Below, in pieces: positions 39,097 to 53,571 of a DNA stretch of 64,000 nt (its first letter is position 1; the number at the start of each line of letters is the position of its first letter). Source of the stretch: Octopus vulgaris (taxonomy: Eukaryota); the NCBI GenBank assembly GCA_951406725.2, contig OX597828.1:72664001-72728000 (forward strand). Direction: 5' to 3'. The position numbers and the translations under genes are program-made. The notes below the pieces were generated by a model. That model ran no database searches. It was not told the origin of the DNA and saw only the letters and a list, made by a program, of their open reading frames with translations.

Positions 39097-40522
39097 ATAT
39101 GTACATATATGTACATTTATAAAACGGTGAATCATTTTATAGTCATTGTGTTTTATATGAAAAAATGAAAAAAAAACCCGCCATATATAGAAAAAAAGTT
39201 ATCTTTGCCTACCAATTCCTTTGGTTGAATATTTCTATAAGCCTGTCTATTCAAATACCTGCATGGAGTCATATTTATGAAATGTACGTGAATATGCGAA
39301 ACATTGAGAAAGTTTTCTTCACATCAACACTATAACAAGCGCAGCTATTGCTTGGCTGTGTGGTGAAGAAGTTCGTCTCACAACAGTATAGTATACGGTT
39401 CGATCCAAATTCGCCGCACCTTAAAAGTGCTTGATATCACAGCTTTGTGGGCGGCCTAAATCTTATGAGGAAGATTTTGTTAATGGAAGTTATGTGAAAG
39501 CTCGTAGGAAGAGGAACCGACTTCCCATTTTGCTTTTGTGTGTGTTGAAGTCTAAATATATCGTTCGGAGGGATAACACCATACGGCCCTTGAGGGATAT
39601 TAGCGATGGAAGCGTGGTGTACGCATTTGGCCCGGTCTTCGGGATATCTTTGTTTCTGCCGTCCAGTAATTTCGGGGACTTTTAGAATGTGTCGCAACCG
39701 CCATTTCTTTTCTTAGATTAACTCATGAGAGAAAGAAAAAATATATAATGAGACATTTTGAAACGGACTGCTAAGTTTTTTTTTTTTTTTTTTAAAGTAT
39801 GGGGAAGTGAGAAAGTAAATGTTCTGACCTGGCTTGGCGTTACTGGCACACTCAAGTGGAGGGTTATATATTCCGTCCCTGAAATTGCAGAGAAGGCCAT
39901 AAGAGGGGATTGGATAAAAAGGGAAGAGCGTTGTTGGGATGCAAGCTGGGACTTCATCGTGTGGGTCAATCGGGTAAGTAGATCTGATGCTGAAAAACCC
40001 GAAACCCCATGAGACCCCAGAAATATTGCTAGCGATGCATCCCGGCGCATCCGTGATTTTTACATTATACAAATAATTATGTGAACATATACTTAAACAC
40101 ACACGCGTGCGTATAAATATATATTGCGACTGTTGGTAATATTTAGCGCTAAATATGTTAATTGAAAGGCCTAATAATACGGAGAAACACTTCGTATCCG
40201 AAATTTAACCTGACTCAGGGTTTTGAGAGAATCAGCTAAATGTTGAATAGTTTAAAATTTTCAACAAAAAAAATACCAAAGAAAAGTTTTCGATAATTAA
40301 ATATGCCATCTACCCTGTCTGTGTGTCAGTGTCTAACTATCAATCTGCGTATATGTAAATGCACTTATATATATAAATATATATATAAAGAGGAAAATGT
40401 CCAAAACATCATAGTAATGAGGACTTTGTATTCCTCTGAGCGTTTCAAAAGACTAATTTTGAACCTGTACTTGTGCTATTGTTGGTCATGTTTTGTTCGA
40501 CACTTGCCTAAACGTGTATTTG

Positions 40523-40611
<89 letters not shown>

Positions 40612-40644
40612 CTCTTGCATAACCGCGTATCTGTACGTAGTGGG

Positions 40645-40693
<49 letters not shown>

Positions 40694-40865
40694 CATAAAT
40701 ATATATATATATATACCGTTACTTAGCGGTTCGGCAAAAGAGACCGATAGAATAAGTACTGGGCTTACAAAAGGAATAAGTCCCAGGGTCGAGTTGCTCG
40801 ATTAAAGGTGGTGCTCCAGCATGGCCGCAGTCAAATGACTGAAACAAGTAAAAGAGAAAAGAGAA

Positions 40866-40898
<33 letters not shown>

Positions 40899-41345
40899 TG
40901 TATGTATGTATGTATGTATGTATGTTTGTATGTATGTATGTATGTATGTATACACGGATACGCTCAGAGGAATACAATGTCCTCTGCGTGAATGTGAGGC
41001 ATGCAATGCGTGCCCAAGTTATATAAATAGTTACTAGTAACAAACAAATCGGATTTTAATATAAATTAGTAAAAGAATGTTCTTATATATATATATATTA
41101 AATTAGAGATAAAACCACTATTAGGCAAATCAAACAGTGAAAATCATAAACCAATACATAGAAATAAAATTAATAAAAAAAAAATATATAAAATATAAAA
41201 TTCAAAATTTAAATTATTTAAATTTAAAGTTAAAATTAAAAAAATTATATATATATATATATAAGTATATCTTTGTATCTATGTATGTGAGTGTGCATGC
41301 AAGTATGTATGTATGTGTGTATGTATGTACATGTATGTATGTATG

Positions 41346-41379
<34 letters not shown>

Positions 41380-41612
41380 TGTATGTATGAATGTATGTAT
41401 GTATGTAAGGGTCACAAGAAAGTGTGGCACGGTTGTGTTTCCAATACTCTTACGTAATTATTTCAACAGTTTGCTGAAAGCCATGTATCTGGCCTGTGAG
41501 ACTTTGAGTGCCACATCAGTTTTCTGATTAATTATTATTATCATTATTATGATGATGATGATGATGATAATGATGATGGCGAACATCATCATCATCATCA
41601 TCATCATTATTA

Positions 41613-41814
41613 TTAGGGTCGGTCATATTCCCGGTAGGAATTATGTAGATAGCGGGTTACCACCTCTAACCTTGGGAATTCACAAATTTTCAGTAGTCGA
41701 TCCTTGCCGTCCTCCAGAGGCAAAAAACCTTTTCTGTAGGAGCTCTACCAGGCATTTTATTTCAATTTCCTTCAGCCATTTGTCTATATCTTGACTTACT
41801 GTTTCAACACACTC
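41613..41814 (-). mobile_element. R4/Dong-like 3' end in (TAA)/(GAT) repeats
   Basis: ETVSQDIDKWLKEIEIKCLVELLQK at the end of ORF 41680-42285 matches the RLE C-terminus seen at 16590 and 58150. Confidence 0.7.
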
Positions 41815-42262
<448 letters not shown>

Positions 42263-43257
42263 TTATATTCTTCTGATAGAAGCATATATGTAATTATATG
42301 TAATTATGTGTTTGCAGTGTGTACTATGCACTGCTATCTCAAAGAAAGTGCGAACCGAATGCCTAAGTAGAGTAAAAATTTAGAAATAACGATTATGGTT
42401 TATTATAGTGCAATATCGTTAATGCACAAAGCTGTAAACGCGGTGAACAATGAAACAATTATTGAACAAGCCATTGTTCCTAGTTTAGATATAACTTGCA
42501 TTATTATGCCTTGTTGCAAGCACACCATCATTGACAAACCGGTATTGAGCGGTATTTGAAATGGTTAAGTCACGTGATCACTTGTTTGGTATCTTCTGTT
42601 GCATGAGGGGATACAGCATAGCTAGGAGTGTGGTGTACTTTTGCATTTAGAAGTGCAGTTAGAATTCGGTATTGCTTAGAAGCGGGTGGATGGATGTCAT
42701 GGCCTTCGCCGCTATGTCGTGGCTGTCATCGTTGTTGTTGTTCTTTGTTAGCCACAAGTTAGTCATATTTCATTCGAGCTATGACAAAGTGATTCCTTCG
42801 GTGACCATCACGTCTTTTTAGGCGAGGTTTATGCCAGGTATTTCTGCCAGATTATGAACCGTTTCTTTCGATCAAAAATACAATTTTAAACATGGACGAA
42901 ATTGCAATGAAACTCGCAGGACCAGAATTGTTTCAAGCCTTGGAAGTTATTCTGAAAGGATTCCTCATAGCCATTGCCAAAGGATAACATCATATTTTTA
43001 ACCCCCCCCCTTCGCCACCGCAAAAAATACGTTCACCTCAGCTCAATCTTTCCGCTTCAGGCTTTCGAACAAACAACTCTGGAGATATTCCTTGTTATAC
43101 ATGTTTCATGCATTCTAATATAATGCCGTATGTTATCCATCCGTCCATCCATAGCTATTTATATATCCATCCATCGATCCATCCATCGATCCATCTATCC
43201 ATCCATCCATCCATCCACACATCCATCCATCCACACATACATACATACATATACATA

Positions 43258-43338
<81 letters not shown>

Positions 43339-43562
43339 GCCTGCCTGTCTGTCTGTCTGTCTGTTTGTTTGTCTGCCTGTCTGTCTGTGTGTATATATTT
43401 ATGTATGTAAGTATGTATTTATCTATCTATACACACACATATATGTATCCATAAATATACTTATTCTTATTCTTCTTATTAATATTATTATTAGCACCAG
43501 CAGTATTATTATTATTATTATTATCATTATTGTTGTCGTTGTTGTTGTTGTTGTTGTTGTTG

Positions 43563-43597
<35 letters not shown>

Positions 43598-43910
43598 GTT
43601 ATTATTATTATTATTATTAGTAAATTTAGTACGTTGATTAGTAGCTTGTTATATGCAAAACGGCTACTATTTTATATAACGATTTAGATACACGGTCCTT
43701 TAGGGAACCGGAGAATATTGGCACATATCTGATGAGGGAGATTTATCTGGAAAAGCATATGTTCAGATTTCTAGTTATTTTTTGTTTGGTGTCGAATAGA
43801 ACAATAGGATGTTTTCGCACAATCTGCAATCTTCACAGTTAAAGACCTTCAAACAAATAAACGTAAAGTTATCTACATTATACATGTTACGAAAACTTTG
43901 AACCATGCTA

Positions 43911-43948
<38 letters not shown>

Positions 43949-43995
43949 CTTCTCTGTCTTTCTCTCCGTCTATGTGCCATTGTATACATATATAT

Positions 43996-44115
<120 letters not shown>

Positions 44116-44146
44116 GTATATGTATGTATATATATGTATATGTATG

Positions 44147-44215
<69 letters not shown>

Positions 44216-44717
44216 CATACATACACACACATATATATACATACAGAGAGAGAGAGAGAGAGATAGAGGGGGATAGAACGATAGATGTAGATATATGTAA
44301 ATATATCTCGAAGTAAGATTTCTGCTTTATGTAATAAATGCCTTATACGCGTGTTGCAAATATTATCCGACATCGAACTCAATGCATCGGGTAAAGTAGT
44401 GAGTTATGTTTACTACATCAAAAGTTAGCATATTTATTTGCTATTTCTAGCAGACCGAATCACCACATCAATGTTTCCTGGTGTTGCTTTTGATCTGTAG
44501 CTCGTACTACACACAGACCCAACTTCTGACCGGCGATTGTTAACTACTCTTTAAGGCTGCGAGAATTTTGCAGTCTTAGCCATTCAGAGACACCTGAACT
44601 GTCGACTTCATTTACACAATTGTTTTTAATATGGTGTTAAAATTTACATTGAGATCAAAGCGCTTACAATGAAAGTACATCTTTGTAGTACCTATATTTT
44701 ATATTTGCTAAACCAAA

Positions 44718-44942
44718 GGTGGTGAGCTGGCAGAATCATTAGCGTCCCGGGGAAAAATACTTAGCGGCAATTCGTCCGTCTTTATGTTCGGAGTTCAAAT
44801 TCCGCGGAGGTCGACTTTGCATTTCATTTTTCCAGGCGGGGGAGGGGGCGATAAAATACGTACCAGTTAGACACTGGGGCTGATGTAATCAATGTGCCCC
44901 CTTCTCTGAAATTGCTGGCCTCCTATCAAAATTTGAAACCGA
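44718..44942 (+). mobile_element. Nin-like tRNA SINE
   Basis: ggtggtgagctggcagaatcattagcg...gagttcaaattccgcggaggtcgactttgc...aaatttgaaacc. Confidence 0.8.
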
Positions 44943-45509
44943 TATTTGCTAATCCAACCTCAAAACAGAACCTTAATTCTTAGAATCAAGTTTGCCATTC
45001 TGTCTGTCTTCAGACTTGCTATTTTCTCGAGTACACATTTGAAGAATTATTCCGAGCCGATGGTAAAAAACAGTTGAATCGAGACAAATAGCAGAGCAGC
45101 TAAATACAGCTAATAATAGATCGCACATCAATATGGTACCAGAAGGGTATGGCGACTATATCTGTAGCCGATACTCTTTGCTTTATATTGTTCCTCTTTA
45201 ACATTTTCCTCCATACAGTAATCTTTGTCAAAATATTTTCAATGTTTTACTTGGTTCTGTTAGTGCCTATCCATGTTTTTCACACGTAATGGCTAATGTA
45301 TTCTTCTGAGACACCAAAGATAATAAAAGATTAAAACAAAAGAACAATGGCTTCATTGATTGGTGATTTTTGGCAATAAAAATGTTGCGTGACAGTGAGA
45401 TAACAAAAAATTCAGGCGCTTTTAAAAATATGTCGGTATCTTGGAAAACAAGATTACATAACAGACATCAGCTAAAGATCATAAATGTATATATACATAC
45501 ACACACACA

Positions 45510-45587
<78 letters not shown>

Positions 45588-47172
45588 TGTATGTATACAT
45601 ATATATATATATATGTGTATATATATATACACACAATTATGAATCTCTCCCTCAGTTTCCCTCTTCTACTTATCCATACATGTACGAGTGCCTGAGGAAA
45701 TGAAAGAAACTAGTACTCAACGTAATAGATTAGAGCTACATATATTATGGACCAGTTTGGCTAAGCTACACACTAGCCAAAGCCTGGTGGGTACGGAACA
45801 CTGCCAAACGTTTAAACGGTTGGAGAAGTTATGGAGACAATCCAAAAGTAATCCAGAATAGCCCCCAGCTCCATTGGTTAGTTTAGTTCAAGTGGCGGCC
45901 TTTACATTATGCATCGACATCAGTTCCGTGGTGATGATATGGGCGTGTCCTGTGTCTCAGAATACACGCACACACACACAGACATACATACACACACATA
46001 TATATATATATACATACATACATACATACATACACACACACATGTATGTATGTTTATTACTCGTCTTATTGTTTTAAAAATTTATCTCATGTTCATTGTC
46101 AGATGTGTGAGGAAAAATTTTTGGACAATGGACATGAGTTAGAATAAGAACAGTAATAAACGAGTGAAGAAAAATATATAGTGCGTATGTTTATTTGGCA
46201 AAAAAATGACCATTCCGAAATGCAACAATATATATATATATATATATATATGCATCAGACTATCTGTGTGAGTGTGTCGATACATAAGCACATTTTAATT
46301 TACATAGCATAGTCTAAGAAAGAACGGTATCATATGAAGAGGGAAGGAGGACGTTATCTTTCAATTAGAGTTCTGATAAATTTTAAATTCTTTAATAATT
46401 ACTTTGGGAAGCAGAGAGAAAAATGAACCTAGAGGCAAGGGGAGATAATTTCAAGAAATTCATAATAATAATTCTATGACTGATTTGACATGCATAGGAG
46501 TAGTGACCCGAATGTTTGCAGCTGAATAAACTCCTTTGAAGGTTTGTCAGAAGCGGGTGGAGGTGTTAAACAGGGTGACATATTAAGTGTACAAAGAAAA
46601 AAAAAAGGAATAAGAAAAAGAAAAAAATGGTTCTTTCAGAGTTCTCTGGTTCTCCTTACATTAACCAAATTTCCTTTAAAAGAGCTTAGTTGCCTGTATC
46701 GGATTGAACTTAGATGGAAAAGTTAACTTCTATAGCAAATAACGAACCACGGAGAGCAACAGAAAGATATGAAATGGGAGAGTGACAGAGAGGGGGAATA
46801 AGAAAGGGAAGGCTGCGAAGATGAAGATGCACTATTAAGATGTGAATTCTGGTGAACATAATACAGACCTCTTGTGACAAAGTATACATAATCTATAATC
46901 TATGGTATGTAGTGCAGTAATTTCATCTAGCAGAATGTCTTTGATCTGAACTAGATTTCTTCAGTTTACGAAAATATCTCTTTTGAAATGTAGCGAAGAA
47001 GTGCAAGTAGTCCAAGGATATAGATTTGGTACAGTCAAAATGGAAGGTAATATGGGAATAATATGAGTGTCGGAGACCTATATAGCTGCAATGAGAAACG
47101 CGAGAGAGATGTACGTGTATACATATGTGCACATGTATAAGCGTGTACATATATATATATATGCGTACACAC

Positions 47173-47259
<87 letters not shown>

Positions 47260-47260
47260 G

Positions 47261-47296
<36 letters not shown>

Positions 47297-47736
47297 GTAT
47301 CTATCTATCTGTCTATCTATCTGTCTATCTATCTATCTAGCTAGCTATCAATCTATCTGTCGGTCTGTCTCTCTCCCTTTCTCTCTATATAGATATATTT
47401 AAATGTATTTATTCTTCAAAGAGATTATATAATATGCCTGTTATTTGCCTGGCGATAACAATGTCTTCCTTTTTTGCATTTAAAGTTATAAATATATTTA
47501 TATATATATAAATATATATATATGAAGTATCTCCCTAGCAAACTGACTTTTTCATTCCCCATTTTTATGCTACTTTTATTTAATGGTTATGCACCTATCA
47601 ATATGGCGGCTGTTAGAAGTTTAAGCTCAGATATCATCCAGTTTACTCATTCTCTCTTACTTGTCTTTCTCTCTCTCTCTCTCTTTCGGTATATATATAT
47701 ATATATATATATACACATTCACACATATATTTTACA

Positions 47737-47819
<83 letters not shown>

Positions 47820-47861
47820 TTAATATTATTATTATCATTATTATTGTTATTATTATTAGTT

Positions 47862-48440
47862 TCAGCTCAAGGGTTTTGGCCATGGTGGGGCACCGCCAAT
47901 TTGATAGTATTTAGTGAATTAGGGAATTTGATGCTATTGCCCTCATTTCCGCTTCCTTCCATGAATTAAGCTCATTTGGAGATCTTCACAGCAGGAGATC
48001 CAGTTTAGTTTCTGACACACCTATATCCACACCGTGTAGGTCTCTCAGCCACTTCGGAGGGATATTGAAGAGGTGTGGGCATTTGAATCTCAAGCTTGTA
48101 ATATCTGGGCTTGTATTTTGACGGCAGGGGAGGAATTTTTGGCACCATGCAATGGCGCTCTGTTCTTGCGATTGTACAACTTCTCGACGTCAAATTTTCA
48201 GACAAGTCCTTCCAGGATCTTCCAGATATATTTTGCAGCACATCTTTCCCGCCTTCATGGCAAGGAGTAAAGTCTTAACATTTTGAGTCTTCTCCGAGAG
48301 TTAATTCGCTGCAATGAGTCTATCCCCGTGTAGCTTCGCTGGACTGCTTCAAGTTCCGCTATTTATCAGACGGTGTGGTACCATAGATGGGGACGATAAA
48401 CAAGACGGCTCAGGACAAAAGTTCACCTGAGGAGCATCAT
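47862..48440 (-). mobile_element. CR1-like LINE 3' end
   Basis: Minus strand RRLKMLRLYSL, IWKILEGLV and LRFKCPHLFNI remnants. Tail abuts (ATT)n. Confidence 0.65.
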
Positions 48441-48563
48441 GGTTTCCTCTTGCTCTCTTGTGTAATATATATATGTGTGTATGTGTGTGTGTGTGCATAT
48501 GTGTGTGCGTGTGTGGGTGTGTGGGTGTATGAGGGTATTTGTGCGTGTGTGTGTATGTGTACA

Positions 48564-48599
<36 letters not shown>

Positions 48600-48659
48600 T
48601 ACATACATACATACATACATACATATTTCTGGCTTTAAGAAATTTTTCATCACCCATCG

Positions 48660-48704
<45 letters not shown>

Positions 48705-48706
<2 letters not shown>

Positions 48707-48990
48707 AGGCGCAATGGCCCAGTGGTTAGGGCAGCGGACTCGCGGTCGTAGGATCGCGGTTTCGATTCCCAGACCGGACGTTTATTGGGCGAAAACACAT
48801 AAGACTCCACGAGGCTCAGGCAGGGTGTGGTGGCGATCCCTGCTGTACTCTTTCGCCACAACTTTCTCTCACTCTTCTGTTGACCTGCTCGCTTAGCAAG
48901 CAGGGTGGCGTCATTCGAAGGCTAAAACAATTCGAAGCGCATTGTGACCAGCGATGTGTAGCAACATCTGAGAGTCTGGTCGGTCATAGT
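48705..48990 (+). mobile_element. tRNA-derived SINE (OR-like)
   Basis: ggaggcgcaatggcccagtggttagggcagcggactcgcggtcgtaggatcgcggtttcgattcccagacc (A and B boxes), then a non-tRNA body ending in (TA)n. Confidence 0.8.
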
Positions 48991-49439
48991 GATATATATA
49001 TATATATATATATACACATACATACATAACTACACACACACACATACAAATATATATATTTGTTATTCTACCAATTATATACGTTTTTATTTTTTTGCAA
49101 TTTACTTAATCTTTGGTAATTTTGTTATTTTAATTTTAATATTTCTATTATATGTAATTTTCTAGATGGTGTAATTTAATTGTTCGTTTTGAATTGATAA
49201 AAGGTGGTTCTTTTCTAATTTTATATATATATATATATATTATATTGTGTGAAATTTGATTTAGTATTTCTAATTTGAATTTTTTCCCTGTAAGTTAGGA
49301 TTAATATTCCCTCAAATAATTATATATGTATATATATATATATATATATATAATAACAAAGGGTAAAATTAATTAATTAAGAAGTAATCAGTAATTTTAC
49401 CAAGCAGAATTCAGCATGAAAAAGACCTGCTTGGTCTTA

Positions 49440-49593
<154 letters not shown>

Positions 49594-50041
49594 AATCAGT
49601 TTATATGGTCTACAAAAAATATAAGTATGTGTATTTGTTATGTAACATATTTTCTTTGTGATCTCTGTGTCTTGTCAGTTTTCTTTTGACGATAGTGCGT
49701 GATGTTGGGCTGTTGCCTGGGAAGTTACACGGGGAAATCGATCTGGAAACAATGTACTCGCGAGGTCGTGTCTGGAAAAAAGGTGTCCGTCTATAATGAC
49801 AGGCTCTTTCGTAATCTCATATTCTATAAACATTCGTCACTTTATGTAGATTCGAGTAATAAATGTATTATTCGGTAGACAGTCGATTCTCGAATGCTTA
49901 ATCTCTGACCTCGGTGGCGAAAACTTTTGTGATTTTTGCTGGAGAAGACAAATGAAGAGCTATAAGACAACAGATCAAACAATCTGTATGTCTGCTTGCC
50001 TGTCTGGCTGCCTGCCTGCCTATCCCTCTGTCTGTCTGTCA

Positions 50042-50116
<75 letters not shown>

Positions 50117-50185
50117 CGTCTGTCTGTCTATCTATCTATCTATCTATCTATATGTCTGCTTGCCTGCCTATCCGTCTGTCTGTCA

Positions 50186-50280
<95 letters not shown>

Positions 50281-50349
50281 CGTCCGTCTGTCTGCCTGTC
50301 TGCCTGTCTGCCTGCCTGTCTGCCTGTCTGTCTGTCTGTCTATCTATCT

Positions 50350-50443
50350 AAAACCAAACCCCCCTTTTATTCCCCAAAAAGAAAAGCTCTACCTTGTAAT
50401 TTGTCCCGTCTGTGTGCAGCCCTGTGTGGCTAATAAAGAAACA
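50350..50443 (+). mobile_element. Second copy of the (TATC)n-embedded non-LTR 3' end
   Basis: Matches about 12986-13078; flanked by (TATC)n on both sides. Confidence 0.65.
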
Positions 50444-50463
50444 TATCTATCTATCTATCTATT

Positions 50464-50514
<51 letters not shown>

Positions 50515-51120
50515 ATCTATCTATCTATCTAGCTAGCTGGACAGACAAACAGATGGATAAATTGATGCATTAATAGACAGACGTGCTTGCGTGTGCATGT
50601 GCGCGCGCGCGAATGTGTGTGTTTCTCTATACACACATACTCTCTCCCACTCACACAGTATAACACAATTAACACTGCCACCGCCTTCAACATTGATATT
50701 CCAGTATTTTCAAGTCTCCTATGTCCCAAATCAAGCTTAATTTAAAATCTGCGCAAGGAATCCATAATAAGAAACACGTCCCATGTATTCAAGATATCAG
50801 TTTATCTCTTGAGAATTTGGTAAAATAAATATTTCCAAAGAAGAAGCAGCAATCTCTTTGCAGTTAATGAGATTTTTTGGGGAAAAAAGCTGAATGTTTG
50901 TAATAAGGGAACACGTTGTGAAAATATTGAATAAAATAAAGAAAGTAACCGTAGAAAAGAATTAGCGCAGGTATAGCTGAGTGGTTAAGAAACTAGATTT
51001 GCAACCGTATGGCCTCGGGTTCAGTTTAAGTGCGCGGTACCTTGGGCAAGTATTTTCTACCATATTTGATCAATGTCTTATGGCTGAATTTCGTAGAAGG
51101 GTACTATGTTAAATCCTGTA

Positions 51121-51211
<91 letters not shown>

Positions 51212-51240
51212 AATCTATACATACATACATACATACATAC

Positions 51241-51430
51241 CGGAGTAAGTACATAAATGCGAAACAAGGTGGTAAAAAGAGTACTCAAATACCAGAAGTA
51301 GAGTAATGTGCTTTATTGAAAAGCAGTAGAAATATCTCAAAACCGTTACTCAGAGTTCCACGTTCCCGTTCGTCGGGAACGTGAAACTCTGAGTGACAGT
51401 TTTTACCATATTTCTGCTGCCTTTCAATAA
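51241..51430. mobile_element. Penelope-like pLTR fold-back with hammerhead remnants on both arms
   Basis: Imperfect inverted repeat 51313-51368 / 51374-51430. Minus strand CCGACGA-ACG ggaa CGT-GGAA-CTC t GAG-TA; plus strand cgggaaCGT-GAAA-CTCtGAG-TG. Confidence 0.7.
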
Positions 51431-51475
51431 GTATGTATGTATGTATGTATGTATGTATGTATGTATGTATGTATG

Positions 51476-51608
<133 letters not shown>

Positions 51609-51694
51609 AAGGGTGAAAAGGAACACACGAGTTGATATATATGAAAAAACAAGTCAAAATAGAAAATGCTAAAATAATTTTATAAAGAACATTT

Positions 51695-51732
51695 CAGTAC
51701 CGGTTTCGGTCATTTTGAGACCTTTTCAACTG
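51695..51732 (-). ncRNA. Mirror copy of the U3-A8 hammerhead
   Basis: cagtaccggtttcggtcattttgagaccttttcaactg is the exact reverse complement of 52211-52248. Confidence 0.72.
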
Positions 51733-52210
51733 TAACGATTAAATAATTAAATTTAGAAAAATTAGAAGAAAAGTTTTTTTAAAGGAATATTTGTATAGTA
51801 GTGTTCAAATATAAGTGGCATTCTGCCTTTCTCTGACTCCCTTGTTTGCACTTGTGTGTTTGAGGTCGTTGTGAATTCTTGGTAGGGTAGAAAAGAAGAA
51901 GGCTGAAGAGGAGAGGGGTGGAAAAATTTGGGAGTGCCTTGATTGTTGTATTTTGAATGGTCAGTGACGGCTAACAGTTGCAGTTCAAAATACAACAATC
52001 AAGGCACTCCCAAATTTTTCCACCCCCTCTCCTCCTCAGCCTTCTTCTTCTTCTACCCTACCAAGAATTCACAACGACCTCAAACGCACAAGTGCAAACA
52101 AGGGAGTCAGAGAAAGGCAGAATGCCACTTATATTTGAACACTACTATACAAATATTCCTTTAAAAAAACTTTTCTTCTAATTTTTCTAAATTTAATTAT
52201 TTAATCGTTA

Positions 52211-52248
52211 CAGTTGAAAAGGTCTCAAAATGACCGAAACCGGTACTG
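52211..52248 (+). ncRNA. Minimal type I hammerhead ribozyme with U3-A8 compensatory core
   Basis: cag-TTGAAAA-GGTC tcaaaat GACC-GAAA-CCGG-TA-ctg: stem I cag/ctg, 4-bp stem II, palindromic ACCGGT stem III. Confidence 0.72.
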
Positions 52249-52296
52249 AAATGTTCTTTATAAAATTATTTTAGCATTTTCTACTTTGACTTGTTT

Positions 52297-52340
<44 letters not shown>

Positions 52341-52479
52341 CACAAGCTGACATAGAACCAACGTTGAACCTCTCATTCGCAAAATTACCGAATCTGGAAC
52401 TTAACTATGGTCTGTCCATAGCACTTATTCAGCATTACCTGATACCTTTGGGTCTCAATGACACCATTATCTCTCATAA

Positions 52480-52513
<34 letters not shown>

Positions 52514-52640
52514 GGTCCCGGGTTGAGTCGGGGTTAACCACAGTAAATAAGGTACTCAATACATAGCAGAACCACAGTAACATATCTATCTATCTATCTA
52601 TTTGTCTGTCTGTCTTTCTGTCTCTCCTTCTATATAATAA

Positions 52641-52685
<45 letters not shown>

Positions 52686-52839
52686 TATTAGCAATCATTA
52701 TCTTCTCGTAGTTTTCCGAGCTGTTCTATGGTCAAAAGAATTCCAATCGTGGCCATTCCATCTTCGTTAACGTGTATTTTATATTTACTAGTAAATCGTC
52801 TGGTGGGCGCAGCAGCCCTTCTTTTACAAAATGGATGTA

Positions 52840-52903
<64 letters not shown>

Positions 52904-53342
52904 TAGAGGAGGCTGAGTGGCCTAACAAAGGTTCCTTATTTATGGAGTTTAAGAATAAAAGGCAGTATACTGCGGTGTTTGCAAGTTTATCCAGATTAGG
53001 TTATGCAGATAGAGCTGGGTATAGTCTTCAAAATTTGTATGATGTCTATGGCGAAACGATATGTATGTAGAAATGAAAGGTAGACATTTTTGTGTTTTTT
53101 TTATTCAGGCTGATGGATGGATAGATGAAAGGATGGGTAGATGGATTGAGAGATAGATAGATAGATAAATGGATATGTAAATAGAAAGATAGATAGAAAG
53201 TTAGATAGACGGACAGATAGAGAGGTAGATAGATAGATAGAGAGGAGAGAGAGACAGGCGTGAGAGGAAGGTTTAGATAGATAGAGAGATAGACAGATAG
53301 ACAGATAGACAGATAGATAGATAGTTAGATAGATAGATAAGC

Positions 53343-53420
<78 letters not shown>

Positions 53421-53532
53421 TCAGAGACCCGCACACGAGAGAGAGAGGGAAAGACTTCTCGGCATGACAAGGTAATTTATATTTAGTAGGAAAACAGTAA
53501 ACATGGAAAGAGACAGAGAGAAAGAGAAAAAT

Positions 53533-53571
<39 letters not shown>

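Larger units (their letters stand above)
51635..52308. mobile_element. Large palindromic insertion (about 320-bp arms, 26-nt spacer at 51958-51983) in (TA)n, one hammerhead per arm
   Basis: Arms are nearly identical (ORFs 51762-51998(-) and 51978-52181(+) give the same peptide). Hammerheads at 52211-52248(+) and 51695-51732(-). Confidence 0.92.

Noticed and set aside
40418-40985. Inverted pair gaggactttgtattcctctgagcg / cgctcagaggaatacaatgtcctc
   Set aside because: Only about 25 bp and separated by microsatellites and a SINE. It may be an old fold-back but is too decayed to call.
43728-43762. Hammerhead at ctgatgagggagatttatctggaaaagcata
   Set aside because: The core CTGATGA is present, but stems II and III do not pair convincingly.
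48705-48780. tRNA gene
   Set aside because: A and B boxes are present, but there is no proper acceptor stem and the sequence continues into a repeated SINE body.
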